From Mobula hypostoma (taxonomy: Eukaryota), in NCBI RefSeq assembly GCF_963921235.1, contig NC_086108.1:48362001-48426000 (forward strand): DNA of 64,000 nucleotides, in the 5' to 3' direction. Each line of letters opens with the position of its first letter. Within the stretch, counting starts at the first letter, position 1. The position numbers were made by a program, and so were the translations under genes. Below the pieces are notes generated by a model, which was not told the DNA's origin, searched no databases, and saw only the letters and a program-made list of their open reading frames with translations. Positions 62,400 to 64,000 of the stretch are shown here, in pieces.

Positions 62400-63345
62400 T
62401 TTGTTTTGCTTTTCCCTCTCCTTCCCTCTTCTATTCTCCACTCTGGCCTTGTACCTGTTCTCCTCCTTTGTCTCTCACCTCCCCCAAGTGCCCCTCTTCC
62501 TTCCCTTTCTCCCACAGTCCACTCTCCTCTCCTATCAGATTCCTAGTTCACCAGCCCTTCAACCTTCCCAACCATCTGGTTTCACCTTTCACCTTCACGC
62601 TAGTCCTCCTTCCCCTCCCCCATCTACTTATTCCAGTGTCTTCCTCCTTCCTTTCCAGAACTGAAGAAAGGTCTTGCCCTGAAACGTCGACTGTTTATTT
62701 ATTTTCATAGATGCTGCCTGAACTGCTGAATTCCTCCAGCATTTTGTGTGTGTTGCTCTCTAGATTGCCACAAATGTATTTGATTGTACTGCTTCTACAA
62801 ATGTACTGTGGAGAGCATTCTGACTGGCTGCATCATCATCTAGTGTGGGGTAGTAGGGGGTTTACCACACAAGATCGAAGTAAATTGCAGAGACTTGTAA
62901 AATTAGTCAGTTCTCTCATGGCTACCAGCCTCTGTAGTATCTAAGACATCTTCAAGGAGCACTGTCTATCATTAAGGATTGCCACCACCCAGGGCATGCC
63001 CTCTTCACACTATTACCATCAGGTAGGAGGTACAGAAGCCTGAAGGCGCACAGTCAGTGATTCAGGAACAGCTTCTTCCCCTCTGCCATCTGCTTTCTAA
63101 AGGACATTGAACCCTGCGACACTACCTCACTACATTTTTATTTCTGTTATTTTGCTCTACTTGTTTTAATTTAACTATTTAATAGATATACATACATATA
63201 TACACACACACTTAATGTAACTTCATATTTATTTACCTTGTATTTCATTGTACTGCTGCTGTAAGGTTAACAAATTTCACGACATAAGCTGGTGATATTA
63301 AATCTGATTCTGATTTCCAGCATCTCCAGAATCTCTTGTGTTTAT
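62400..63345 (+). mobile_element. Penelope-like terminal repeat with a hammerhead-like core (62656..62693), split by a Rex1/Babar 3' fragment (~62768..63311)
   Basis: CAGAA-CTGAAGA-AAGG.TCTTGC.CCT-GAAAC-GTC-GACTG, then gatgctgcctgaactgctgaattcctccagc; the Penelope tail gatttccagcatct resumes after the Rex1 tail aatctgattct; the Rex1 part reads ESILTGCIII*...LPSGRRYRSLKAH. Confidence 0.7.
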
Positions 63346-63982
63346 TGTCATTATTGTTTCCCCAGATGAGCGCACCTGATACTGCACATTCATGTGGTAC
63401 ATTTGAAGAACATCATTGACACTGGCATTCTTTTCTCAGCATTTTGAAGATATTAAATACTGCTAAGGAATGTCATCAGAGCATAAAATTATACACTGTG
63501 TGGTGCTTCTATTCCCATTAAAGCAGGTGTTGCTTTCTTTTTAAAGAACCATACCTGTGGTGGCCAGATGTCTCTCTAACTTTACCCAATGTGCCATGTA
63601 ATTCAGTACTGTCTGAAATTAGCTGCTCCCAACCATCGCAGGAGTTGATTTCACCCCTCCAGATTAAACTGGGTGAAATTAATCCAGCTCATAACTTTGT
63701 GTGAATGCATGTCTTTGTGTACACATTTATTATAATGTATGTTTTTGCCACTTTCAAGAGTAGATGATTGATCTTTCCCCAACGTAGTTTAATGTCAAAC
63801 TGTATCACGGCAAGAACTTCAATCATAAGTATCTCTGAACGTGCAAAAGGTGAGGCTCAAGGCACATTAATAGGCTTGCAATTCTTGGTCAGTTTTCAGT
63901 GCAGCTTTGTTATACTCAGTATTTGCCAGTGAAAAAACAATATAATTCTACATCATTCACAACTGTTCTATTTCTCATGCAG

Positions 63983-64000
63983 TCCCACCCAGAATTGAAG
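63983..64000 (+). CDS. HMCN1: Hemicentin-1 exon 22, partial and running off the window: (V)PPRIE(G)
   Basis: tttctcatgcag acceptor followed by TC CCA CCC AGA ATT GAA G; phase 1 as required by exon 21. Confidence 0.75.

Noticed and set aside
62255..62710. Pro/Ser/Phe-rich ORFs
   Set aside because: They are translations of the pyrimidine-rich Penelope-like terminal repeat.
5388..64000. Alternative identity as HMCN2, titin or another Ig-repeat gene
   Set aside because: Exon order and specific peptides ([46 protein letters not shown]) follow HMCN1 as I recall it. A BLASTP would confirm.

Overview
Eukaryotic (vertebrate) genomic DNA, most likely from a cartilaginous fish such as a ray or skate. 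This is inferred from the HE1/V-SINE-like SINEs and the CR1/Rex1/Penelope repeat landscape. The window lies entirely inside one large + strand gene, hemicentin-1 (HMCN1). I could trace 22 consecutive coding exons (5388..64000, the last one partial), encoding about 11 tandem I-set immunoglobulin domains. Splice phases are compatible across all 21 introns; 20 introns are GT-AG and one is GC-AG. The introns are packed with decayed mobile elements: L1 and Tx1-like, CR1 and Rex1/Babar LINEs, a Gypsy LTR-gag remnant, solo LTRs, V-SINEs, Penelope-like termini carrying hammerhead-ribozyme-like cores, a Tigger-like element, hAT elements and two abutting PIF/Harbinger elements. The most notable passenger is a 3.1-kb internally deleted Academ-type DNA transposon (TAG..CTA termini, ~125-bp TIRs, 3-bp TSD, DDE transposase remnant plus CXC domain). 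I found no prokaryotic systems, CRISPR arrays or rRNA/tRNA genes, and no convincing wholly new biological system. All family assignments are from motif recognition, not database searches.
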